A stretch of DNA of 63,991 nucleotides, filler included, from Piptocephalis cylindrospora (Eukaryota): assembly GCA_003614145.1 (NCBI GenBank). It is 6 parts of 6 records of this genome, joined end to end, with 100 filler letters (N's around TTAATTAATTAA, not from the genome) between each part and the next. Parts side by side here need not be neighbours in the genome. Positions count along the whole stretch, not along the records: positions 43,163 to 53,814 come from KZ988026.1; positions 53,915 to 63,991 come from KZ988052.1; 4 more parts are not named here. One strand, written 5' to 3'. This document shows, piece after piece, positions 53,122 through 63,991 of this stretch. The position numbers were made by a program, and so were the translations under genes. Every line of letters begins with the position of its first letter. The stretch's first letter is position 1. The notes below the pieces were generated by a model that saw only the letters and a program-made list of their open reading frames with translations, searched no databases and had not been told where the DNA came from.

Positions 53122-53521
53122 GGCGTAGAGAAGAAAGAGGAGGGTGTGGAGAAAATGAGTGGAGGGAAGCCTATATTAGGTCCTAATGTACCTTTCCAAG
53201 CAAAGTTGGCTTGCCACTTTAAGCCTCCAAGAGGTCAATATACGGCTGTGGCCGATCGTGGAAGATTGGAGTGGGCAATAAGCGGTACTCCTCAAGGGGC
53301 GAGTGTGCTGAGGGCGCGTGAACTCCGACAGTTTGTCGAGCAACACCTCCATTGTTCAATAAGAATGGTCAGGTGGATCGACAGTGTAGGTTTTGGACCA
53401 ATTCAGAACATAGGCAGGCACATTTGACAGAAGCCAACTCACCGGCCTATTTCCTCTCTCTTTACAGAGGCCAACCTTAGAATGGCCTCACTACCCTAAA
53501 AATTCGCCAAATGAAAGAAAA

Positions 53522-53595
53522 TGCTCACTACAGGGGTCGAACCTGTGACATTCGCGTTATTAGCACGACGCTCTAACCAACTGAGCTAAGCGAGC
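53522..53595 (-). tRNA. tRNA-Ile (anticodon AAT), intronless
   Basis: Minus strand GCTCGCTTAGCTCAGTTGGTTAGAGCGTCGTGCTAATAACGCGAATGTCACAGGTTCGACCCCTGTAGTGAGCA: 7-bp acceptor stem, D arm, CTAATAA loop, GGTTCGA T-loop, followed by TTTT (Pol III terminator). Confidence 0.95.
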
Positions 53596-53685
53596 TGATA
53601 TTAGTGTGGTTTCCGCTGAAACTGTTGTCTTGTTCTCACTGAGGGATGAGGCTAATCGCTGGCAAATAGATGTATTGATACGGAT

Positions 53686-53803
53686 CTGAATCCGGATGGC
53701 AGTGTCAGTTGATAAAGAGCAAACCTGCCCTACTTATATTCCCCAGGATGGATGCTTACCTGAATCCGGATGGCAGTGTCAGTTGATAAAGAGCAAACCT
53801 GCC
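53686..53803. repeat. 44-bp perfect direct repeat (53686-53729 and 53760-53803) with a 30-bp spacer
   Basis: CTGAATCCGGATGGCAGTGTCAGTTGATAAAGAGCAAACCTGCC read twice, immediately before the contig end. Confidence 0.9.
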
Positions 53804-53814
53804 ATCGGATCCAG

Positions 53815-53914
53815 NNNNNNNNNNNNNNNNNNNNNNNNNNNNNNNNNNNNNNNNNNNNTTAATTAATTAANNNNNNNNNNNNNNNNNNNNNNNNNNNNNN
53901 NNNNNNNNNNNNNN
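53815..53914. other. Artificial 100-bp contig spacer
   Basis: N44-TTAATTAATTAA-N44. Confidence 0.97.
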
Positions 53915-53925
53915 GGGGGGGGAGG

Positions 53926-53970
<45 letters not shown>

Positions 53971-54144
53971 GGAGCGAGTCAGCCCTACAATAATAGAGTG
54001 GACCAAGGTGGGCCCAAGGCGTGGATTTGGGTCACGCCGACCCCTTCATTGGACACTAGGCCTCCAACACCCATCCCTCCACATTGGGAGAAGGGTTACG
54101 CGCTCTCCCTTTTCCTTCTCCCCTCCCCCCCCCACGTTGTGGGT

Positions 54145-54270
54145 GGGCTTGAAGCTGTAGGTGAACCTGGAAATGTATGCGGACCTAGAGTTATATGCGG
54201 ACCTAGAGTGGTATGCGGGCCTAAAATTGTACGCGGACTTGAAATTGTTAGCGGGCCTGGAATGTGGGGG
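54145..54270. repeat. Degenerate 18-bp tandem repeat, ~7 units (consensus ~GGACCTRGARTTGTATGC)
   Basis: Units start at 54145, 54163, 54181, 54199, 54217, 54235, 54253. Confidence 0.8.
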
Positions 54271-54842
54271 CGGGGCTTCAGGCGCTGCTCTTGAAAATCA
54301 TCAAATGGGTGAGGCGGAGTATCAAAAACAAGGGGCTGTGGAAATGGAGGTTAGAATAGAGAAGGGCGAACATTGGTAGAGGAGAAAAAAAGAGTAATTT
54401 TTCTAACCATACGTTTTTATCTTGGCTTTTTTAAGACCACACATGACGTCAAGCTTGAAGTCACAGCTCTGGACAATTTGTACGAATCATTGAATCATAT
54501 CCCTAGTCCCTCTTTTTGAATGACATCATCGTCGTCGATGGAAGGTAAGTACTCCTGTCGGCATGTACATGTAGGGTCAAAACAGACCAATCCTGATCAC
54601 TGTGTCAGGAGGCAAGACCCATCTTCCTTGCTCTCAGCCTTATCGGGTGAGGATGGAGGGAGCCACAGATCGAATAAACTGACCCCCAATCACCAGGATG
54701 CTCTGAAGAAAACATTATAAAAGGAGAAAAGGTCATTGGAAGATATAGATTCAACGACGTCATAAGATGTGCAAGGCGTTAGGAAGAAGAGGAGGGAGAA
54801 GCATATGCGAGATAAATGACCACGGGAAACTCCCATCAGAGC

Positions 54843-56609
54843 TTATCCCTTCTGTGAGAGTCGATCCGGCCATCCTTGATCATATTCCTGGATGGGCGGA
54901 AGTACGAGGGTGAGCATGGCACCAGCAAGCATGAATCCAGCTGCCAAGATAAAGGGAAACGCAGCCCCATGAGTGATCAGGACTCCTGCCACTGTCGGGG
55001 CAAGGATGGATGCCACCCGTTGGATCACACATGTCGTTCCCCCCACCGTGGCCCGGGTATCGGCGGGGAAGGCCTCAGTGATATAACTACCGGCAATCGC
55101 ATACAGCATCGTGGAGAAGAAATTTGAGGTACACATTGACGCTAACACCGTCACGTGGGAGGAGGCCATGGGGAAGAGAAAGAAGGAAAGACCGGTGATC
55201 AAGAAACTCAGGGCAAACGTCCCCTTTCTACCCAGGGGCGTATCCACGAGGTACCGTACCACAAACGTTCCCGGAAAGGCGATGATGGCCGAGATGAGCA
55301 TGTGAATATACTCGGTGGCCGTGGAGGACTCCTCTGCCGTCAGTGCATCACGTCGTTCCAGGTAGACGGGGAGGTAAAAGAGGAACATGTAGTAGCCAAA
55401 TGCAAGGCAAAACGAATAGAGATGGACGAGGATGGTGGTGGATGCCAGGGCAGGGGAGGTAAACAGATCTCGAAAAGATGTTTGGGCCTTTGGAGGAGGA
55501 TGCGTCTTGATTGGGGGACCATGAAAGGCAGGAGGATGAGGGGGAGAGGAGCCCGAGGAGGCCGTCGAGGTGGTGGGGGAAGAAAGGGAGGAGGAGAGGG
55601 AGGAGGAAAGGGAGGAGGAAAAGGAGGGGGAAGAGCAGAGACTCCCATCATCTTCCACAGAAGAGATGGGGGTAGGGGCAAAGGCAACGGATTTTTTTAC
55701 CCGTACTCGTCCCTCACCCAGACATCCCTTCTCCCAAGCGTCTTGGTCTTCCATAGGATCCGGATTCATCCAAGCCTGGACAAAGGCCTGTACCTCGGCG
55801 GGAGGGATGACATGTCCTGAGGACCTGGACATCCGGACCAAGACCTTGGCAGCATGATGATAATCACCCTGTGCTACCAATAGAACCGGGGACTCCTTGA
55901 CCTGGCACAGGAGAAGACGGCCAAGGAAGAGAAGTGATTGTACCGTGGCGGCCACGAGCATCACCAGCCTCCACCCATTCTTCTGCTCTGTAGTGCAGGG
56001 TGGGGCGGCGGTCAGGGATCCGGCGCCCCCGGGGGCCTTGGGGCAGGATAGGATGGGGAGAATGATGAAGGCTGAGACATAGGTGATAATCCCGCCCACA
56101 CTGTAGAACACTCCCATGAGGATGACCATGGCCCGACGCGATCGCGGCAGGAACTCAGCCAAATAGGCCCCATCGATGATGGTAAACGCCGAAATGGAGA
56201 ATCCCAGGGGGAGGAGGAGAATACATAACGTCACATACGACGGTGCAAGGGCTAGGGCAAGGCCAGACGCCGATGCCAAGGCTGTGCACAATAGATAGGG
56301 GGTACGACGCCCATACCGATCGGCAAAGAGCCCCCAGAATAGGGCGCCACACAGCATTCCCGTAAAGTTAATGGATGAGATAAAGCCCATTTCCACATCC
56401 GATACCCCAAAAGCATCCTGGATCCGAGGGCTCAGAATGGAGATGCCTTGCAGCCAGATATTCAGACAGGCCCAGCTCATTCCACATAGGAAAAGAAGCG
56501 TGTAATGGAATCGACCGACACCAATGGCCTCCATCGCCTGCTGCATCCCTTCCTCGGCATCCTCTGGCGTGAGAGTCTGAAGGGTGCCGTAGGACCGAGA
56601 TGGTTGCAT
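54843..56609 (-). CDS. MFS transporter, SV2/SVOP-like, intronless (588 aa)
   Basis: AMEAIGVGRFHYTLLFLCGMSW, motif A WGLFADRYGRR, AYLAEFLP, GWR, ESP, DTPLGRK, TEAFPADTRAT; ~12 hydrophobic segments. Confidence 0.93.
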   Translation of the reverse strand: MQPSRSYGTLQTLTPEDAEEGMQQAMEAIGVGRFHYTLLFLCGMSWACLNIWLQGISILSPRIQDAFGVSDVEMGFISSINFTGMLCGALFWGLFADRYGRRTPYLLCTALASASGLALALAPSYVTLCILLLPLGFSISAFTIIDGAYLAEFLPRSRRAMVILMGVFYSVGGIITYVSAFIILPILSCPKAPGGAGSLTAAPPCTTEQKNGWRLVMLVAATVQSLLFLGRLLLCQVKESPVLLVAQGDYHHAAKVLVRMSRSSGHVIPPAEVQAFVQAWMNPDPMEDQDAWEKGCLGEGRVRVKKSVAFAPTPISSVEDDGSLCSSPSFSSSLSSSLSSSLSSPTTSTASSGSSPPHPPAFHGPPIKTHPPPKAQTSFRDLFTSPALASTTILVHLYSFCLAFGYYMFLFYLPVYLERRDALTAEESSTATEYIHMLISAIIAFPGTFVVRYLVDTPLGRKGTFALSFLITGLSFFLFPMASSHVTVLASMCTSNFFSTMLYAIAGSYITEAFPADTRATVGGTTCVIQRVASILAPTVAGVLITHGAAFPFILAAGFMLAGAMLTLVLPPIQEYDQGWPDRLSQKG

Positions 56610-58990
56610 GATAAAACGGGATGATTAGAGTAGGGATGAAACGAGATGAGGGTGATGGTTAGGGTAAGGAGGGAAATAGATGATGGTTCGTGATGGACAA
56701 GGCGAGCGTGATGGAGAAGAAAGGCAATGGCCAATGGTTGGGAGAAAGAGGGAGAGAAAGAGAGAGGCAGGAGGGAAATGAACAAGGAAGCAGATGCCAA
56801 GGACAGGGTAGAGGAAAAGTGACGTGGGGAGAAATTACAGAATAAGGAGGGTGAGGACGGGGGGGGGGAAGAAGCCCGACCAGTGCTGCTGCCGCTGCCA
56901 TTGCACTGTCCTATTTATCCATGTACTAACCTCTATACTGCATCATGACGGCTTGATGAATTGTCTTGGCAAGAATGTTTGGCGTTCAGGAAAGGAAATG
57001 GTCTTCAATGAATGGGAAGCCGGTTTCATTCAACAGGCTCATTCATCCTCCCCTGGCTTGGTCGGCTCTGTCCTTGATCCGAGCCGGCGTCTGTACGCAT
57101 TGTCCTTGACCACCCGTGGGGTTCACGTGAGGAAGGCGTCTTCTTCTCCTTCTGGTTGGTCAAGGAGCACGACATGGAAGATTTGACTAAGGCTGGTTGG
57201 GCTATCTGATAGCCAGCTAATACAGGTTGAAAGTGTGAGGGAAAAGATGGACAAAGGGATGGGATTGCCGACCCTGGCGGAGTTCACACGTGTAGCCAGT
57301 CTTGGAGTGTACTTGGTGAAAGCACTAAGGATGAATGCCTTTCTAAGATATATGGAGGTTTGTATTGTTTAGATTAGATCGAGGGAGAGATGAATCATTG
57401 AGGAGACGGAGGGAGTGACTGTCAAAGAGACTAGTAGCCAGAGATTACGCTTGCCTACTTCATTGGAATTGGTGCGGAAGTCGGACATACATGTGAAAAC
57501 GACAAGAATATGAGGCCCCAACTCTGTCTTTGTGTTACAGTTTACTTCACAGGCCTTGCAGCATCGGATGGGAAGTAACATTAGTGTCCGAGTCATCCAT
57601 TGTACAAATCCCCGATCAAAGTCATCCTCGAACAATATCAATGCTTATCCATGCTACGCTTTACAGGAATTGGGCTAGAAGTACACTAACAAGGGGGCTT
57701 TAATGCCATACTCATTCTCGTCTTCCTTCCTCGCCCTGTCTCGGCGGTATTCATGATTACCCCGGCCTCTAATGGCTCATAAGAATGTCCCTCTTTCCTC
57801 AGTGGCCGTCTTTGAATGCACTAAAAACCCTTTCTAACTGGGAAGTACAGAACTTACCCTTTTTTGCGCCTTTTCCCTCTAGCAAGACACAATATAACTA
57901 TGCCCATTTCTACTTAAAGTCTTACCATCCGGGCTCTTGACCCTATCGCCCTATTTTTAAGTAAGACATGCTAATCAAGCTCAATACTTTTCCAGTAAGG
58001 ATATACTAATTGTAGAGGTTTGACTATTGATCACGCTTGGTATGTCAGTATCAAGCCACGGGACGATCATTGGAACCAAACCACAAAAAGAAATGAGAAG
58101 GGACAAAGAGGAAGAGGGGAAGAAGAAGGATGAAAAGACGGGATATCCCTAGCATGATTCATCTCACTCTCTCTTTCTCCCTCGATTCCCCTCCTTACCT
58201 TTTCCCTTGCTATATCCCTCGCACGCACACACACACATACCCACACACACAAGCTCACTCTCTCATCCTCTATATGGGGGACGAGACGGTTCATCTCATC
58301 ACGATGACTCTTTCGTCCCTGCATGCAACCCAGCCCCATTGTACCTGTTATCTTAATGAGGAATATTATTTCAGAGCCATTTGGGGATAATAATATCCTT
58401 TGTACAGGGAGCCTATTTTTGGATCAACGCACAGCAGCTCCGTCGAATATGAACTAGTATACTAGTGGAGGGTTCACGGAGCGTTTTTCCCCTAAAAGAC
58501 GAGCCATCTACTACTTATACCGAGATGGTCTTAGTAAACCATGTCTATTTTTATATACCGGCATATCTCTTATGAAGCTCTAAGTATCCTATCCGTATTA
58601 GACCTTTGGCCAATGTGGAAGTAATCGGCTTTATTCAAAGCGGACAATTGCTGGATTTATTCATTATTTGTCGGCTCTCCCTGAGCTAGATGCAGAGCGG
58701 AGGAGAAGAAAGAAGTGAGGAGGAAAGGGGGGGGGGGGGACATACTCATTGGAATAACCTGAAAGAAATACATGCGTAAATCTCATCCACAAGGATACAA
58801 AATATCTAGCCTCGTAACGTATTAAAAACAATAAACATGGATATTTATACTTTAGCCACTAACCATGAGTAGAAGAGAAAGGAAAAGGGCAAAATAGGAA
58901 TGAACATGGGTGGTGGAGCCCTCATCCTTTTATAGATAAGGCTATGTCCTCTCGGTGGGATTAACCACGAAAGCTCGAAGATGTGAACTC

Positions 58991-60889
58991 TCAACGACTC
59001 AACTTACTCTTCCTAGGCCGTGTCTCAAGTGGAAGAAGGGAAGTGATAATCCCCCCGAGGACCAGGGAGCCTGCACCGACGTAAAAGGGGAGCTTGTCTC
59101 CTTTGGCCATGATAACCCCTGTTACTAATGGGGCGATAATACCTGAGATACGCTGGCATGCACTCCAGAGACCACCAGCAGTAGAGCGGATATTGGCGGA
59201 AAATGCCTCAGTCACATAAGTTCCAGAAACTGCATATGCAATACTAACAATGCAGTTCATCCCGCTCATTGCTGCCAAAGAAGCCATGTGCTCCCGGGCC
59301 TGAGGAAAGAACCCCATGAGTCCAGCGGCCACCACCATCGACAGAGCCATTGATCCCTTCCTCCCGATGCGAGTATCTGCAAGTACCATACCGATCTATC
59401 CAGAGTATGCCATAAAGCTGTTAGTTGAGGCACACACAATTAAAGGCGCTCATCTCTAGACAAACTTACCAAGGAAGCGGGGATGCCACAGCAGGCGTAG
59501 ATGAACAGATCCGTGTACGCTTGATCCGGCGAGGGCTGCTGGCCCTGAGCTTGCATCTCGACGGTACTGGCCTTGGCCCTTCGCTCCAAAAAGACAGGGA
59601 GGTAGAAGAGAAAAGTGTAGTATCCGATACCTAGAGCTAAGGAGTATCCAAGAGTCAGGATGGACGTGAGGGTTTGGGTACGGCCGGTGAAGAGGAGACG
59701 GAAAGTGGAGGGTTCAGCCTTAAGCTCTCCCTCCACCATCTCCTTTCCTCCGTAGCCCTTCTCCTGATCTTTCCCAGTAGGGGATAATCGGCGAAGCTCA
59801 TTGACAATCTGGAGCTCCCCAGTATTCCCACACCTCCGAGCCATGCTGACTAGGATATCGGCCGCTTTATCGTACTGCCCATGGGAGACGTAATAGACAG
59901 GAGATTCTGAGACACGAAGGAGAAGGTACCGGGCAGTGAAGATGCAGACCTGCAGGGTGGTCAAGGAGATGACGAGGACACGCCAGCCATTGCGTTGAAT
60001 CAACGTACAGGCCGTCATCGCATCCTCCCCCGTCACGGAGCATCGAATCCGTGGGAGGATGGAAAGGGCAAGTGAAAAGGCAATCATGTCCCCCAGGGCA
60101 AAGAACATGGCCAGAACTGTGATCATTCGGCGACGACTGGTGGGCAGGAACTCGGCCAGGAACGCACCTATTTTCATCCAGGCAAGTCGTGGCCATCGGA
60201 GTTTACGGATGTGTGAGGGGGAAGGGGTGAGACATCTGGAACATTGCCGCAGCCAATCAGAAGACACTCTGCCAATTCCACACACACACACAGCTGGGGG
60301 AAGCCTCATGAGCTTCTCAAAGCCATTGTGCGCAAGGTCTGTAGCCCTTCCCCCCCCCTACAATATCACCATAGTCCCACACTCTCCCAAGCTTACCATC
60401 AACGGGCACGGCCCCAGAAAGGGAAAAGCCCAAAGGAAATAGGGATACGAGGAGGAGAGGATAAGTGGGGGCAACGGCAACGAGGGACCCGAAGAGAGCG
60501 GTGAGACCACAATAGAGAAGGTAGGCCAAACGCTTTCCCTTCTTGTCCGCAATGACACCCCAGGAGACGGCGCCAATGAGGAGGCCTGCGGAAAGGGCTG
60601 TGGAGAAGAAACCAATACTTGAATCGGACAATTCAAATCTCTCCTGTACCCGTGGAGCCGTGACTGCAATCACCTGGGTCCAAGCATTGTTCGTGAGCCA
60701 TCCCATGCCCGAAAGTACAAATAGTAGACGATGAAAGCTACCAACCCCAACTTCCTCCAGCGCCTCATCCAGAATTACCTGAGGAGTGCGCTCCTCCTTA
60801 TTTTCCGGCTCCAGATAATTCGGGAGCTTTTCTTGCGTAGATGGAGGAAAGCCATCTAAGGTCTCCGAGGAGGGTTTGGCGAGGGTCAT
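58991..60889 (-). CDS. MFS transporter, SV2/SVOP-like paralogue (3 exons)
   Basis: ALEEVGVGSFHRLL, WGVIADKKGKR, GAFLAEFLP, GWR, ESP, DTRIGRK, TEAFSANIRST. Introns 60168-60396 and 59396-59469 restore one frame. Confidence 0.92.
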
Positions 60890-63800
60890 GATATATAAAA
60901 AAAGTGATTTAAGAGGTAGTTGAAGACGAGTGCGGGTACGATGGGAATATGGAGATGTACGGAGGTGGTGGCGCCAAGGTGATGTCAATCGATGGCTTGA
61001 GGAAATAGAGAAAAGTGATGAGAATTTGATGGCTCTTATACCAAAAGGGCTAAATGTAGGTATTGCCAAACGAACGAATATGTAGGATTACTGGTGGTTG
61101 TACTAGGAATAGAGTCGTTTGCAAAAGCACGACGATAGATGGGTGGCGTGGGCCAACTGCTTGATTGGTTAGGGGATGGGGAGTAAGCGGGAAAAAGGGC
61201 GCGAGGTCCCGTGAACTAATTCGAGTGTCCTGAGGGGATGATTGGCGCAATGCGAGGATATGCAGCAGGGCCAAGGCAGGGAGACTTTCCGGGGGCGGAT
61301 GGTTTGATGGATGGGTGTGCCAAGGGGCTTTCCATCATCATCATGGTTAGGGTTGGTTGTCCAATGCAAAAGTTAGGGGGTAGGGGTTAGGAGGGATGAG
61401 GAGGTGGAGGAGAGAGGAGAAGGAGAGTGTTAATTTTCCATTTTTCCTGGGGCTCAAAGGGGGAACGTGTGTGTGTGGTGTGTATGTGTGTGTATATGTG
61501 TATGGGGGATGTATGTATGTATAGAGATGTGGGTAGATGAATGACGGGTGGACATCTATCGACGCCTTACCAGGGATGGTTAATCGTAATGGAAGCGCGG
61601 ATGAAGCTCGATGGAGAGGACGGAAGGGGACAAGGCGCCTATGAGCCCGTTACCAAGAAGGAGTAAAATGAAGGGGAGGATGACACAGGGTCTCGGGGGA
61701 AGAGAAGACAGGGCGTGGGGCGCGGAGTGATGTGTGAGCGGTATGTGGGAGCGTGGGCGGGTAGGCGCAAGGCGGGATCCTTGGTACAGATGAGGATGGC
61801 GGATTAGAGTGTGAATGTCAATCAGATGGAACGTACGTTCCAGTAAGAAGAGATACGAGAGAGAGAGGGAGACAACAAGTGAGGGATCGACAGTAACTGA
61901 TGTGACTGAAGATACCAAGAGAAACAACAAGTACGCAGGGGCGACAAGCAGATGGTTAATTTCACGAGGATGAAAAAAAACCCGGGGATACAATCGTAAA
62001 GTGGTGAGTCAATGGGAGGGGAAATGAGCGATCAGAATTTTTTGAAGGAAAAAAAAGGGGGATGGGTTCGATAGTGAATGAGTCTGGGGAGAGGGAAAGA
62101 GCGTGATGGTATAGAAGAGTGTCCTTGGCGTGGATCTTTTATATTGGTCATCGTCTCCCACATCTTCGATTGAGTGACTGAGTTAAGCTGTGAGTGAATG
62201 GCCGAATCTGGCCTTTCCTCGGTCGGGCCTTGACATACCTCCAGGCCCTGATGGTGGCCCTTTCTTCGACATTCCCTTTTTTCACTCTTGCTCCCAGGAA
62301 ACTCCTCATCATCCCTGTCATACCCGCTCGGACAAGGGTGTATCGTTTTATGACTAGCCCCCCCTCCCCCTTCTCCACTCACCCCCTCCCTCCTTCCCTC
62401 CCTCTTTCTCCCATCCCTCTCCTATCCCATCACTCTCCTTCTGTATCGCTCACCACAATTGCAGACGGTCGAAGATGTAAAAGGGATGGTGGGGGAGATG
62501 GGATGAGTCCTCAGCACGAAGAGAAACAGTATCATTGGTGGATAAGGAGGTGTTGATCCGCAACGGTCACGCGCGGCCATGTCCATCTAACTGCCTCGTC
62601 GCCCTGAATCGCTTGGCAATGGAATCTAGGATGGATGGGTTAAAGGAGAAGACCTCCAAAACCATTGGTGCCCTTTAAGTGATGTGCAGCATTGGTTAAC
62701 GCTATTGTCCATCTGAACGAATGATGAGAGAGGATGGGGCTGCGTGGGTGTCGGAGTTGAGGCGGAGTTGAGGATAATGTGGGGTAAAGAAGATACTTCT
62801 TGGTAAGCGGAGCTGACGCGTGATTTTCCAAAAGGTGTTCTTGCTTCCCAAGCCCGATGAACTGTTGTGTATGTGAGCTGGCGGTCAAGGTTTGAAGGGT
62901 AGATGGTTTTTAAATACATAAAGTTTATCCCATCTGCAATGAGACAGACTGACTATGATGTGCCAACGGAGTATTTCCACTTCCGAAGACCAAGATCAAG
63001 CAGCAAATTTGCCCACAAACAGTATATTTCGAGGTGACTATATCCATGTCAATCAGGGGGGGATATACAGCGAATGCTCAAGTCATGAGGACTATTCAAG
63101 CGATGAGGAGGAAGATGTAATGTTGGCGGCCCCATTTCTCAGACCCTTTTCCCAGTCTCCCTTTTTATCCGCGACGTGTCAAATGACCGATCTATATCGT
63201 CCAAAAAAAGAAAATCTCCTTAGACTTATGCACCCTGTCGATATCCCCTCAAGTTCATGCACGCCCCTGTAGGGAAACGAAGAAATGGCCTTGTCAGAGG
63301 GGTACGTTCTTTCCCATACCTGGATGTACATTGACAGTACGCCATGCCATGCCATACCATGTTATGTCATGCCTGTATATCCCTTCAGTATTACTCCTTA
63401 CGCCATCGGTCCCATCATTGTTCTTGTCCTCTTCTACGAGGGGTACATTCATCCTTCGTCAGTACGTCCTATTAATAATACACAATGATACCAGTACGTC
63501 AAACCAAGGACAATGGGATCATCATGGTGACTTTGAAGCCCACATCTTGACCTCTGGCCTCATCCTCCCCTTCTTTCGACCACACAGACCCTCTCATAAA
63601 TTCGTGCCTTGCACTGGTATACATCTATTATTAGGCACCAAATTCCCTGAACTCCCCACAACCCCCAATATCTGTCCTCTCCCATCGCCTTTCTCGCCAA
63701 TGGTGCCACAGTCTAGACACCTTGTTGACCCATCCCTTGACTATGATCCACCCCTTGGGACACCCCATCGACCCTTGAAGGCTCAGTTTATAACTCCGAC

Positions 63801-63991
63801 ATATCAACACGCCGAGTTTCCCCGACTTGTGTCCAGAGGCCTTTTCGCCACTATATTCCGCACAGGAATGCCTCCTTCCAATTAAATAGAGTCGATCTGT
63901 GAAATTCAGCTCGAAATTCAATATCAAATTCGATAGAGAGCGGAGTTGACAAAGAAAAAAGGGCTGACCTCGCCCACCCCATATCTCTGAC

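Noticed and set aside
53686..53803. CRISPR-like repeat-spacer-repeat
   Set aside because: Only two copies, eukaryotic context, no cas genes.
61345..61395. Scattered TTAGGG-like words
   Set aside because: Too few and too irregular for an interstitial telomere; explained by a purine-rich promoter strand.
62955..63885. Possible two-exon gene or pseudogene (105-aa and 184-aa ORFs)
   Set aside because: In-frame stop at 63270-63272, no family motif and no confident splice model.

Overview
Eukaryotic DNA with many short GT-AG introns. Gene content and intron style suggest an early-diverging (zoopagomycete/mucoromycete-type) fungus; this is inference. The window is not one locus. It is six contigs joined by identical 100-bp spacers (N44-TTAATTAATTAA-N44). 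The four complete contigs decrease in length (10696, 10676, 10664, 10652 bp), so they look size-sorted and adjacency across spacers means nothing. Contig 1 carries the standout gene: a 14-exon, ~1578-aa protein. It fuses four small Cys treble-clef-like repeats, ZZ, extended PHD, ZZ and GATA zinc fingers to a prokaryote-type amino (N6A/N4C) DNA methyltransferase with an HPPY catalytic motif, followed by a second, degenerate MTase copy. Convergent with it is a phosphorylase-kinase alpha/beta-like gene containing an ILEI-like domain. The other contigs hold: NAT10/KRE33, a GH20 hexosaminidase, partial PRS, a PACT-domain coiled-coil protein, mitochondrial LeuRS, partial POL2, an MDC1-like FHA+BRCT protein, a Kelch + cytochrome-b561-like membrane protein, myosin II, a catalytically dead metacaspase, tRNA-Ile(AAT) and two tandem MFS transporters. 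Three genes show a one-base frameshift in a coding-strand C-run. All family calls come from manual motif recognition; no searches were run.
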